From: a virus
Taxonomy: Duplodnaviria > Caudoviricetes
Reading direction: 5' to 3' (one strand)
DNA length: 24,528 bases
Virus record (IMG/VR): IMGVR_UViG_3300020042_009943
Coordinates: 1-24,528 of that record
A model generated the notes under the pieces. The model was given only the letters and a program-made list of their open reading frames with translations, made no database searches and was not told where the DNA came from. A program made the translations under genes and the position numbers. Shown in pieces: positions 14,791 through 24,528 of the stretch. How positions within the stretch are numbered: position 1 is the first letter of the stretch; each line of letters starts with the position of its first letter.

Positions 14791-15822
14791 ATGGCAGACG
14801 GAGAGTTAAGTGCAGCAAATACATCATTTGCAAATACAAATTATACATTTGATGACCTTGTCGGGTTAACCGACGATCAAGTGGCATCTGTGTATGCCGC
14901 AGGTAGAGCAAATTTAAATTCTAACTTTGCATACACAAAAGATGAAGAAGAGTTTTTACTCAATAGAGGTTTAGGACCAAATTCGTGGACTGAACCTCGT
15001 TCTGAGTTTGAAGATGTTCCTGATTACGATCACTACCCAGATATTGATATAACACAAACTAGTAGTGGCCATCAGTTGATATGGGGTAATAAGCAAGGTC
15101 AAGAATTTGTTCGTTTATCACATGGACCAACAGGATCATTTTTTGAATTTCAACGAGATGGTTCGAGAGTACAAAAAATATTTGGTAATGATTATCAGAT
15201 TGTTAGCAAAAACAACTATGTGTTAATCAAAGGCAAATGTAATGTTACTATTCAGGGTGATGCAATTGTTGACGTTCAAGGTGATAAGATTGAACGAGTA
15301 AAGGGCGATTATCAAGTTTTAGTTGGTGGCAAATTTGAAGTACAATCAAACAAAGCAATGTTCATTCGTGCTGGTGGTGACATTGATATTTCAACTGGTG
15401 GTGTGCTTGGTGACATTAGATTAGGCGCACAGAATGCGGTTCTTGTACAAAGTGATATGAACGTTAATGGTGGATTCCATGCCAAGTCGGTTTACTCTGA
15501 TGGTGAAGTTACTGCTGCGACAGGCATCGTTGCAGGTATTCCCGGTTCACCAAATCCATTTGCTGGTATTGAAACCTTAGGTGGCATTAATTGTGGATTT
15601 GCTAGTGGCTTAACAGTTCCGGGAACGATAGTTACTAAATTTAGTCTTTTTGCTGGTGCTAGTGTTAATGCACCACTTGGAACGTTTGGTATGGTATCCG
15701 ATATGGGCGGTTTCTTAATGACTCTACGAACAGTTTATAATAATCACGTACATCCTGTAAAATTTGGGCCAACTGGTCCGCCTATATCACGTGATGTTGG
15801 TGGTGATCCAAGTGGACCTTAA
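14791..15822 (+). CDS. gp5: gp5 C-terminal part: beta-helix central spike with a terminal HxH motif
   Basis: Motifs WTEP, TSSGH, H..GSFFEF..DG, VxGD-type octad repeats (IKGKCNVTIQGDAIVDVQGDKIERVKGDYQVLVGGK) and C-terminal NNHVH. Confidence 0.85.
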   Translation: MADGELSAANTSFANTNYTFDDLVGLTDDQVASVYAAGRANLNSNFAYTKDEEEFLLNRGLGPNSWTEPRSEFEDVPDYDHYPDIDITQTSSGHQLIWGNKQGQEFVRLSHGPTGSFFEFQRDGSRVQKIFGNDYQIVSKNNYVLIKGKCNVTIQGDAIVDVQGDKIERVKGDYQVLVGGKFEVQSNKAMFIRAGGDIDISTGGVLGDIRLGAQNAVLVQSDMNVNGGFHAKSVYSDGEVTAATGIVAGIPGSPNPFAGIETLGGINCGFASGLTVPGTIVTKFSLFAGASVNAPLGTFGMVSDMGGFLMTLRTVYNNHVHPVKFGPTGPPISRDVGGDPSGP

Positions 15823-15840
15823 TATATTATGGAGAAATAA

Positions 15841-16653
15841 ATGACAAATACAGTTTTCGGAAGATTACAATATAATTTTGATGCCAGTAAATTTGGAGAT
15901 GCTTTAACGTTAAGTGATCAAGCAATTGCGACCATAAATTCATCGCCTGTAACTATCACACAATGGCAGGAAACTGATATTGCTGATGATGTCGTATCTC
16001 GTTCACGATATTTTAAGAATCCTACAATAAACGTTTGTAATCAGATTATATCAAATCTAACATTGCTTAGTGTAGATGCAAATACAGCGAATTTATCAAA
16101 TGTGGAAATTGCTGCAAATAATGCTATTTTAGAAATGTATCGTTTCATATCACATTCGAGTAATATTTCGGGTGTTAATAAACTAGCGGACACGGATGGA
16201 ACAATCCCAATGTATGAAACTGCTATGGGTGTTGGTGATTCGATGTTGAGATTGACAAATAAAACAGATAGTGTCGAAAACACTAGTCCAGTATTAGGAA
16301 TGCTGACAAGTTTGTTTATTGGTCCAGAATTAACATCAAATAGTAATATATTGTACTCTGATCGACTAGCATTAAATGCCTCGTTACAAAGTGTTGTAGT
16401 TGGAATGCAAACGATAATACGTTCAAATTTATCATCATCAAGAATTGCTACAATTGCGACTGATATTGCAACTGCAAATAATATGGTATATACAAGGCGT
16501 ATTCACGACTGGACAATGTTTTCAAATGGAAGAGATGTACTTGCCGATTACAGTTTTTTGAATCAATTCAATATGATGGGAAATACTAAGACGTATTTGG
16601 TGAATAATTACATTGGAACCAGCTATTTAACACAACAATTAACAAACACCTAG
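15841..16653 (+). CDS. Hypothetical, probable virion structural protein
   Basis: GGAG SD; 270 aa, Asn/Thr/Ser-rich; lies between gp5 and gp25. Confidence 0.75.
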   Translation: MTNTVFGRLQYNFDASKFGDALTLSDQAIATINSSPVTITQWQETDIADDVVSRSRYFKNPTINVCNQIISNLTLLSVDANTANLSNVEIAANNAILEMYRFISHSSNISGVNKLADTDGTIPMYETAMGVGDSMLRLTNKTDSVENTSPVLGMLTSLFIGPELTSNSNILYSDRLALNASLQSVVVGMQTIIRSNLSSSRIATIATDIATANNMVYTRRIHDWTMFSNGRDVLADYSFLNQFNMMGNTKTYLVNNYIGTSYLTQQLTNT

Positions 16654-16661
16654 AATAAATA
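16654..16661 (+). promoter_or_regulatory. Late promoter (AATAAATA) for gene 25
   Basis: AATAAATA-agag-ATG. Confidence 0.6.
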
Positions 16662-16665
16662 AGAG

Positions 16666-17070
16666 ATGGCAACTGTAGAAACTACTATCGTTCGAGAATA
16701 TCGTGACCTGGATTTGAGTTTTAATATTCATCCGGTCAAAAAAGATATCAATCTGCACAGAGGTAATATGGCAGTAATTAACTCTGTCAAAAACCTCGTG
16801 CTCATGAACTTTTACGAAAAACCATTCCAACCAGAGATTGGTTCGAATGTGCGTAAGCTATTGTTTGAGCCAGTTGATGATGTTACGGGAATTGCTTTAG
16901 AAAGAGCAATTTTACAAGTGATTGGAAATTATGAGCCTAGAGCACGTGCTAAAAGCATTACGGTTACTGCCGATCTTGCAAAAAATGGCTTCAATGTTCA
17001 AATGGAGTTTTATGTTATCAATCAGACACAACCAGTTAGTATTACATTTTTCCTAGAACGGATTCGATAA
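16666..17070 (+). CDS. gp25: Baseplate wedge subunit gp25
   Basis: Motifs YRDLDLSF..HP, AVINSVKNLV, EKPFQPEIGS...LLFE and NYEPRA. Confidence 0.95.
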   Translation: MATVETTIVREYRDLDLSFNIHPVKKDINLHRGNMAVINSVKNLVLMNFYEKPFQPEIGSNVRKLLFEPVDDVTGIALERAILQVIGNYEPRARAKSITVTADLAKNGFNVQMEFYVINQTQPVSITFFLERIR

Positions 17071-19122
17071 ATGTCCAATGCACGTTTACAAGTTACCGAT
17101 CTTGATTTTGATGCAATCAAGACGAATTTAAAAAATTATTTACAGCAACAATCACAGTATACTGACTTTGATTTTGAAGGATCAGGTTTAAACATTCTAC
17201 TAGATTTGCTTGCTTACAATACACATTACAATGCATACTATCTAAACATGATTGCTAATGAGTCATTTTTAGATACTGCTATTCTTCGTGATTCTGTTGT
17301 GTCTCACGCTAAGATGTTAAACTATACGCCATATTCTACAACATCGCCAAAAGCAATTGTTAACGTAACCGTAGAAACTGGTTCTGCTGCAACAGGTATA
17401 CTTACACTACCAAGAGGTTTTACTTTTTATTCGGAAGTGTTAGATAATAGAAGTTATCGTTTTGTTCTGTTAAATGATTCTAGTGTAACCAAGTCAAACA
17501 CATCATTCATTTTTGAAAATTTAGAAATATACGAAGGTCAATTTGTAAACTACAATTATTCATTTAATCGTAATTCTAATCCAAAATCGGTGTTTGAATT
17601 GCCTGATGGTAACATTGATACTAAAACAATTAAAATATCAGTTACTCCAAATGCTGCTAACACAACAACTGAAGCATATACTCTAGCACAAGATATATTA
17701 GATGTCACCGCAGAATCAAGAATTTACTTTTTAGAAGAAGGTCGTGGTGGTAAATTTAAAATTTATTTTGGTGATGGTGTGATTGGAAATCAACTTCCCG
17801 ATGGTGCTACTGTTACCGTTAGTTATTTAATTACTTCTGGAGATGCTTCAAATAAAGTTGCATCTTTTGTTGCTAGTTCTGCCATAGATAATTACACTGA
17901 TATTACTGTGGATACTCTTTTTGCTGCCGCTGGCGGCTCTGCAAAAGAAACTGTAGACTCGATTAAATTTTCCACACAAACGCAATTTACTACACAGAAT
18001 CGTTTGATAACATACAAAGATTATGAAACATACATTCTGCAAAATTATCCAAACTTAGATTCGGTTTCTGTTTGGGGTGGTGAAGATGAAGAACTGCCAG
18101 TGTATGGTAAAGTTTTTGTTTCAATGAAACCTAAAGCTAACTATTATATTTCAGAAACAGAAAAAATAAGAATTATTGATGAGATTATCAAACCTAAAGC
18201 GGTTGTATCTACCGACGTAATTATTCGTGATCCAGAATATCTCTTTGTCAATATTGAAAATGTTGTTACATATGATCCTAAGAAAACAACATATTCCGAA
18301 AACTCGATTAAATCATTGGTTCGTGATGCAGTGTTAACTTATAATAATCTTTATTTAAATAAATTCTCTTCACGTTTCGTGCTTTCTAAACTACAAGAAA
18401 ATATCGCTAAAACAAATATAAATTCTATTGTCGGTTCTAGAACTTCTGTAAAATTACAAAAACGTTTTATACCAATTTTAAACGTGGCAAGAAATTATAC
18501 AATCGCATTTAATGCATCTATTCGTAGAGGCACAATTAATAATAAATTAATATCGAATCCTTTTAAAGTGTTAGATATTAATGGTATAGAACGTGAGGTA
18601 GAATTTGAAGAAATTCCTCAATCATTCTCTGGCATTTCATCATTCAAAGTTACAAATGCAGGTACTGGTTATATTACTCCACCTACGATTACTATTACTG
18701 GTGATGGCACAGGTGCATCTGCTGTTGCTATCATAGTTAATGGTAAAATACAAAACATAGAAATCATTTCACGTGGTATTGATTACACACGTGCTGTTGT
18801 TACTATATCTGGTGGTAGTGGTTTTGGTGGTCAGGCTGAAGCTGTTATTGATGCAAAAACTGGAACATTGAGAACTGTATATTATGATACGAATGCACAA
18901 CGTCAAATTGTCGATGAAAATGCTGGTAGTGTAGAATATGATACTGGATTAATTTATATTAACGATATTAATATTCGTTCAGTCACAACTTCAGATGGTA
19001 CAATTCGTTTAACCACAGAAGCAGAGAAAACTATTGTCAATACTATTAGAAATACAATTATATCTATTGATGCGGATGATCCGACTTCAATAATTACTAA
19101 TCTTGAGTCGGCAGAATTCTAA
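17071..19122 (+). CDS. gp6: Baseplate wedge subunit gp6
   Basis: Motifs LDFDAIKTNLKNYL, DFDFEGSGLNILLDLLAYNTHY, NESFLDTAILRDSVVSHAKMLNY, IYFGDGVIG, QNRLIT..DY and VWGGE. Confidence 0.96.
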   Translation: MSNARLQVTDLDFDAIKTNLKNYLQQQSQYTDFDFEGSGLNILLDLLAYNTHYNAYYLNMIANESFLDTAILRDSVVSHAKMLNYTPYSTTSPKAIVNVTVETGSAATGILTLPRGFTFYSEVLDNRSYRFVLLNDSSVTKSNTSFIFENLEIYEGQFVNYNYSFNRNSNPKSVFELPDGNIDTKTIKISVTPNAANTTTEAYTLAQDILDVTAESRIYFLEEGRGGKFKIYFGDGVIGNQLPDGATVTVSYLITSGDASNKVASFVASSAIDNYTDITVDTLFAAAGGSAKETVDSIKFSTQTQFTTQNRLITYKDYETYILQNYPNLDSVSVWGGEDEELPVYGKVFVSMKPKANYYISETEKIRIIDEIIKPKAVVSTDVIIRDPEYLFVNIENVVTYDPKKTTYSENSIKSLVRDAVLTYNNLYLNKFSSRFVLSKLQENIAKTNINSIVGSRTSVKLQKRFIPILNVARNYTIAFNASIRRGTINNKLISNPFKVLDINGIEREVEFEEIPQSFSGISSFKVTNAGTGYITPPTITITGDGTGASAVAIIVNGKIQNIEIISRGIDYTRAVVTISGGSGFGGQAEAVIDAKTGTLRTVYYDTNAQRQIVDENAGSVEYDTGLIYINDINIRSVTTSDGTIRLTTEAEKTIVNTIRNTIISIDADDPTSIITNLESAEF

Positions 19123-21650
19123 TGTCAGAGTTAAAAACTTCTCTATTTGTGAATCGTCAAGTTCCTGAGTTTATTCGGGACGAGTATCCTGCTTTTATTT
19201 CTTTTCTTGAAGCCTATTACGAATTCCTTGAAACTAAACAAACGGGAATAAATAACGATCTTATAACTAAAGCTAAGAATTTACGAACTATATCGGATGT
19301 TGATGAATCAATCGATGAGTTTGAACAAAGTTTTTTCAATACCTATGCATCATTAGTTCCTCGTAATGTAGAAGTAGATAAAACAATTTTATTAAAAAAT
19401 CTTTTACCTTTATATCTTTCGAAAGGTAATGAGAAAGCATTTAAACTTTTGTTTCGTTTGGTATTCGATACCGAATTGGAAATCACTTATCCGAAAAATA
19501 ACGTACTTCGTGCATCGGATGGTAATTGGAAAATTGATAATAAATTTCGTATTAATGCTGAGGATATTAGTTCAGTATATACTGCCAATGGAAAAACTAA
19601 AACGTTTATGTTGGCGCAAATTGTTACCGCCGATGAAATAACGGTTTACATTAATAATGTTTTACAAACAACCGGTTTTACGATTCAAAAAGAATATCGC
19701 AAAATAACTTTTAATGTTGCGCCAACAAATGGACAAATTGTTAGAGTTTATTATAAAGATTTCCAATATACATTATTTAATAATCGACAAATTATTGGAT
19801 TAACATCTGGCGCTGTAGCTTTAGTTGAAATTGCATCAAAAAGAATTATTACAGATAGGGTAAATGTAGGTTTTCCTATAGATTTAAATGTAGACACAAG
19901 AACAATTGTTGGTACATTTTTAAATGGTGAGATAATTAGAATTCCTATTGTAGATGTTAATGGAAATTTAATTGAAATTCGCAGCAAAGCACTTTCGAAT
20001 ATTAAAAAAATTAATGTTACTAAGGGTGGTTCAAACTATAATGTAGGCGATCCAATTATAGTGTTTGGTGGAAATCCTAGTCGTGAAGCTGCTGCAATTG
20101 TTACTAAAATTTTTGATGGATTCTTAAATCGAATTGAAGTCGTAAATGGCGGCGCATGTTTTACATTATTTTCGAATGTGAATATTGTACAAAATATTTC
20201 TACAGCATTAGCATTATCTGTTGATGGTGTTGATGTTAGTGGAAATGTATCAGGAAATACATATACGATATCTACAGATTTAATTAATGATTATAAAAAT
20301 GTTTTAATTTCTGCTGCGGATTATGGATTTCCTTCAACGTTAAATACTGCTGAAAATGTATATACAACAATAGCAAATGCATTAACATACCAAACATTAA
20401 CAGTTGGTCCTATTACGAATGTAGCTTTTTTAACTTCAAATGCAAGTGTTAGTTTTATTCCTGATTTAGATGCTGAGGGTGCATCTTATCTTGCTAACAC
20501 CGTAAGACAATCTGTCAAATCTTTTGGCTCAATAGGCAAAATACAAATTAACAATGGCGGATCAGGATATATTCCTGGAGATGAAATTCTTTTTGGGCCG
20601 AATCCTATAGGCACTTATGGTCAGGGTGCTGCGGCAGTAGTGAGTCGAGTAAATTCTACTGGAAGAATTACTTTAATTGAAATACAACCTAGTAGAGTAT
20701 CTGGTACAGTTAGCATAGCAAATAATAATGTAACTGTAGCTGGAGTTTCTACCGATTTTATTAATGAATTAAAACCCGGCGATAAAATTGTAATTAATAA
20801 TGAAGTTCGTTTTGTTAATACAATTTCAAGTTTAACTGGTTGTAATGTAAATGTCGCATTTACGACAACAGCAACTGGCAAAAAACTTGGAGTTTATGGT
20901 AGAACAATGCTGGGTGGAATAGGATACATACAAAATAACTTTCCAACCGTATCTGTTTCTTCTACTGGTGGAGTAGATGCGAATATAGAAATTTATTGCG
21001 TAGCTTCTGATGGTGAACGTCTTTATGCTAGTTCTGGAGGAAGAAAACCTGGTGAAATTTTAGAAATTCAAATTGTTGATGCTGGTGAAGGGTATCAAGT
21101 TATTCCAACACTTCGCCTTGATGGTATTGGTGACGGATCAGCCACAGCAAGCGCAGAAATTGAAGAAGTAATTATTAAATCTTCGGGACGTTGGACTAGC
21201 TCGGATTCTTTGTTGTCTGCACTCGACAATAAAATTCAAGGATCGAATTACTATATTGATTATTCGTATATTACTTCTTCGGAAATTGAATTCTCTCGTT
21301 ATAAAAAATTAGTTAAAGATTTATTGCATCCTGTAGGCTTTGTAAATTATGCAGGTCTAAACAGAAAAGCTACATTCAGCGGATTAACAACAAATACCGC
21401 AAATATATCTATTATTGCAACAAAACAAAATCAAGTATCAGGATTGATTAATGTAGCAAATACAATATACATAACCGGGACAAATACAAAATTTAATGTT
21501 GCTAATACATTGGGTATCCTCTCAATAGGTTCAAATGTTGCTGTCAATGGTGAAATTCGAACCATTAGTACTATTATTAGTAATACTAACTTATCAGTAA
21601 CAAGTGCATTCACTCAATTAGCCAATTCACAAGTTTTACTTATTGTATAG
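19122..21650 (+). CDS. gp7: Baseplate wedge initiator gp7-like
   Basis: Motifs QVPEFIRDEYPAFISFLEAYYEFLE, LYLSKGNEKAFKLLFR, LRASDGNW and C-terminal YYIDYSY...LLHPVG; lies between gp6 and gp8. Confidence 0.8.
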   Translation: MSELKTSLFVNRQVPEFIRDEYPAFISFLEAYYEFLETKQTGINNDLITKAKNLRTISDVDESIDEFEQSFFNTYASLVPRNVEVDKTILLKNLLPLYLSKGNEKAFKLLFRLVFDTELEITYPKNNVLRASDGNWKIDNKFRINAEDISSVYTANGKTKTFMLAQIVTADEITVYINNVLQTTGFTIQKEYRKITFNVAPTNGQIVRVYYKDFQYTLFNNRQIIGLTSGAVALVEIASKRIITDRVNVGFPIDLNVDTRTIVGTFLNGEIIRIPIVDVNGNLIEIRSKALSNIKKINVTKGGSNYNVGDPIIVFGGNPSREAAAIVTKIFDGFLNRIEVVNGGACFTLFSNVNIVQNISTALALSVDGVDVSGNVSGNTYTISTDLINDYKNVLISAADYGFPSTLNTAENVYTTIANALTYQTLTVGPITNVAFLTSNASVSFIPDLDAEGASYLANTVRQSVKSFGSIGKIQINNGGSGYIPGDEILFGPNPIGTYGQGAAAVVSRVNSTGRITLIEIQPSRVSGTVSIANNNVTVAGVSTDFINELKPGDKIVINNEVRFVNTISSLTGCNVNVAFTTTATGKKLGVYGRTMLGGIGYIQNNFPTVSVSSTGGVDANIEIYCVASDGERLYASSGGRKPGEILEIQIVDAGEGYQVIPTLRLDGIGDGSATASAEIEEVIIKSSGRWTSSDSLLSALDNKIQGSNYYIDYSYITSSEIEFSRYKKLVKDLLHPVGFVNYAGLNRKATFSGLTTNTANISIIATKQNQVSGLINVANTIYITGTNTKFNVANTLGILSIGSNVAVNGEIRTISTIISNTNLSVTSAFTQLANSQVLLIV

Positions 21651-21651
21651 A

Positions 21652-21659
21652 GATAAATA
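21652..21659 (+). promoter_or_regulatory. Late promoter (GATAAATA) for gene 8
   Basis: GATAAATA-gaaatt-ATG. Confidence 0.6.
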
Positions 21660-21665
21660 GAAATT

Positions 21666-23243
21666 ATGACTTCAGTAACCACAAACAAATTACCGTTTAA
21701 TGCGGCAGAACAATTTAAAGAAGGATTCTATGAAGCAAATCCAACAATCGGATATGTGTTTATAGGCAATCATCTTCCCTATAATGATGAGAACACTCCT
21801 CCGAATATTGGAGATTCTATACAAGAAGAAAAAGAAGTGTGGAGAAATATCTATGCCGCAAAGAAAATTACTGGTAATGACGTTGAGATAGTTATTCCTC
21901 GTTACACTTGGACTGCAAATACAAGATATCGTAATTATGACGATAAGATCGATTTTTCAGAGTTGATATCCACAAATACATCGTTAAATTTAAAGCCGAT
22001 GTATATCATGACATCGGCACGAAATGTATACAAATGTCTTTCAAATAATGCTTCTGCAAATTCGACAGTAGAACCAACTGGAGATTATACAACATCAAAT
22101 GGTAATATTTCTACTCCCGATGGCTATATTTGGAAATATATGTTTAATGTTAAACCATCAAACAAGTTTTTAACTAGTGATTGGATTCCGGTTCCTGCAT
22201 CTACAGATTTTCTCGATTATGGTGTAAGCACAATTGGTGTTGTGCCTGGAGAATTAACAAAAATACATGTATTAAATTCAGGCTCAAATTATTATGAGCA
22301 ATCGAATGTTCGTATTGATGGATTTTTGGCAGGACAAACAACAATAGCATTATCGAACACCTCGTTAATGTTAAGTATTTTTAATATAACCAGTCTTTCA
22401 AACTTATCTAATTTGTCGATTACTGGGACTGGCATACCAACACAAACTTATATTGAGTCGATTTCTAATACTACTGGTGTAATTACATTATCAAATAAAA
22501 CAACAGCTAGTGGCGGTGTTGCTAATAACTATACAATCAAAACTCGTGTTTTTATTGAAGGTGATGGTACAGGAACATTGACATCATTAACACTTGCAAA
22601 TAATCAGGTTAGTAAAATTACTGTGTCTACAATTGGTACTGATTATAAGAGAGCAAATGTATTCATTTACGGTACAGGTTCAGGTGCAACCGCACGTCCA
22701 ATTCTTCCGCCAAAATATGGGCATGCCCGAAAACCAGCACAAGAATTAAGTGCAAATAGTGTTATGGTTTCAATCAGATTAGGTGAACTTGATAGTACAG
22801 AAAATGGTAAAATATCTTCAAATACAACATTTAGACAGTATGGTCTATTGATTGATCCCTATAAATATGGTGAGACGAATATTGCTTTAGGTGCAAATTC
22901 TGTAATTTCACAGACTACTGATCTTAGTTTAGTTGCTGGTGCATCATATATTAAAGATGAATATGTATATCAAGGATTGAATCCAAACAATTCACCAGCA
23001 TATGGTTTTGTAAACGATCAAAGTGTTGACGGCATTACTGTTAAATTGACTCACGTTGTTGGCACTTTTGCTACTGGTTTTCCTGTAATAGGAGCAACTT
23101 CAGGTGTATCGAGAGCATTAGTTTCAGTATCAAATCCAGAATTTGAACCAGAAACTGGTGACATTTTACATGTTGAAAACATCACAGCGACCACAAGAAC
23201 TGAAGGTCAAGCTGAGAATATAAAACTAATTATTAGATTTTAA
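21666..23243 (+). CDS. gp8: Baseplate wedge subunit gp8
   Basis: Motifs VIPRYTW, NVYKCLSNN...STVEP, DGYIWKYMF, FRQYGLLIDP and GDILHVEN...QAENIKLIIRF. Confidence 0.9.
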   Translation: MTSVTTNKLPFNAAEQFKEGFYEANPTIGYVFIGNHLPYNDENTPPNIGDSIQEEKEVWRNIYAAKKITGNDVEIVIPRYTWTANTRYRNYDDKIDFSELISTNTSLNLKPMYIMTSARNVYKCLSNNASANSTVEPTGDYTTSNGNISTPDGYIWKYMFNVKPSNKFLTSDWIPVPASTDFLDYGVSTIGVVPGELTKIHVLNSGSNYYEQSNVRIDGFLAGQTTIALSNTSLMLSIFNITSLSNLSNLSITGTGIPTQTYIESISNTTGVITLSNKTTASGGVANNYTIKTRVFIEGDGTGTLTSLTLANNQVSKITVSTIGTDYKRANVFIYGTGSGATARPILPPKYGHARKPAQELSANSVMVSIRLGELDSTENGKISSNTTFRQYGLLIDPYKYGETNIALGANSVISQTTDLSLVAGASYIKDEYVYQGLNPNNSPAYGFVNDQSVDGITVKLTHVVGTFATGFPVIGATSGVSRALVSVSNPEFEPETGDILHVENITATTRTEGQAENIKLIIRF

Positions 23244-23253
23244 AGGTTAACTA

Positions 23254-24528
23254 ATGGCTATCAACACCAATTTTAATGTAAATCCATACTACGATGATTA
23301 TGATGAGGATAAACTTCATCTTCGCATGTTATTTAAACCTGGCTATGCTGTACAGGCACGTGAATTAACTCAAGTCCAAACACTCTTACAAAAACAAGTT
23401 CAACGTTTTGGTGATCATGTTTTCAAAAGTGGTTCTGTAGTTACTGGTGGAAAAACATTTGTACAAAATGTTGTTTCGTTAAAATTGAATCCAGAATATG
23501 CTGGATCGGCAGTAAACGCCAATAATTTTGTTGATCAAATTATTGTTGATAACGTTGTTGATCCTACTAAACGTGCTCAAGTTATAAAAGCCTTTGATGC
23601 GGATGCAGGAACTGGTGATCCAATTACACTGTTGATCTCTCAACAATATGGCGATGCATTTACTCCCGGCGAAACATTTCAAACATATAATGCATCATTA
23701 ACAAATATACCCGATGCCGCTAATGTTGCCTCTGCTGGTGTTGGTGTGGGGCAAACATTTTCTATCACTGAGGGTGTATTTTACTATGATGGGTTTTTCA
23801 TCAAAAACGATGCACAATCAATATCACTATCTAAGTACACCACAGATGCTAATGCATTGATTGGTTTTGAAATTACTGAATCTATAGAATCGTACACTTC
23901 TGATACTTCTTTATTAGATCCTGCACAGAATGCAAGTAACTTTCAAGCACCTGGATCAGACCGCTTTAAGGTTCAGTTAACATTATCTACACGTTCTTTG
24001 GAATCTACCGACACAACAAAATTCATTGAATTGGCTAGAATCGAAAACGGACTATTGACCAGAAACTATAAAGACCCACAATATGCCGTTTTGGAAGATC
24101 AATTAGCACGTAGAACTTTTGATGAATCAGGTAATTATACTGTTCGTCCATTTAATATTTCATTACAGAATAGTACAGCCAATACACAAAATGCCAATGT
24201 AACTATTTCTTCTGGCAAAGCTTATGTTTTTGGTCGTGAAGTAGAATTACTTGCACCTACAACTATTACCTTTCCTAAACCACGAAATACTGTAGCATTT
24301 AATAATCGTAGAATTACTGCTGATTATGGTAACTATGTTTTTGCTAACACAATATACGGTACTCCACCGATTAATAGTTTAGCTACAGTTGATTTACATT
24401 GCGTTCCAAATTCAAGAATTGATGTAACTTCAACTGCAAAAATTTCAAATACAAAAGTGGGTACTGCACGTATACGTTCAATTTCATATGATTCGTCATC
24501 AAATATTGCAAACACTCGCACATATGAA
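23254..24528 (+). CDS. Large virion structural protein, VrlC/DUF4815-like (3' truncated; absent from the ORF track)
   Basis: Manual translation MAINTNFNVNPYYDDYDEDK...LFKPGYAVQARELTQVQTLLQKQV, later LLDPAQNASNFQAPGSDR and LARRTFDESGNYTV; frame open to the window end. Confidence 0.88.
   Translation, partial: MAINTNFNVNPYYDDYDEDKLHLRMLFKPGYAVQARELTQVQTLLQKQVQRFGDHVFKSGSVVTGGKTFVQNVVSLKLNPEYAGSAVNANNFVDQIIVDNVVDPTKRAQVIKAFDADAGTGDPITLLISQQYGDAFTPGETFQTYNASLTNIPDAANVASAGVGVGQTFSITEGVFYYDGFFIKNDAQSISLSKYTTDANALIGFEITESIESYTSDTSLLDPAQNASNFQAPGSDRFKVQLTLSTRSLESTDTTKFIELARIENGLLTRNYKDPQYAVLEDQLARRTFDESGNYTVRPFNISLQNSTANTQNANVTISSGKAYVFGREVELLAPTTITFPKPRNTVAFNNRRITADYGNYVFANTIYGTPPINSLATVDLHCVPNSRIDVTSTAKISNTKVGTARIRSISYDSSSNIANTRTYE

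Noticed and set aside
14775-14795. Readthrough or frameshift joining the two gp5 ORFs
   Set aside because: A second in-frame stop (TGA) follows within three codons, there is no canonical slippery heptamer, and the second ORF has its own ATG.

Overview
AT-rich segment of a T4-like (Tevenvirinae/Kyanoviridae-type) myophage genome. The host is probably an aquatic proteobacterium; Betaproteobacteria is a weak inference from the tmRNA tag. The left part (+ strand) carries the 3' end of phoH, a His-rich capsid-targeted protein that resembles phage SAM lyases, a circularly permuted two-piece tmRNA gene (tag ANDELYALAA), several hypotheticals, a secreted SleB-type cell-wall hydrolase, gp33, gp59, a HAD nucleotidase and gp32, followed by a terminator. 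The middle part (- strand) carries gp4, gp2, gp54-like, gp26-like, gp51-like and a tape-measure-like protein with a SleB domain. The gp26/gp51 junction has the hallmarks of a programmed -1 frameshift. The right part (+ strand) is the baseplate module: gp48, gp53, gp27-like hub, a gp5 split into two genes, a hypothetical, gp25, gp6, gp7, gp8 and a truncated VrlC/DUF4815-like protein. Family assignments come from recognised motifs and synteny, not from database searches.
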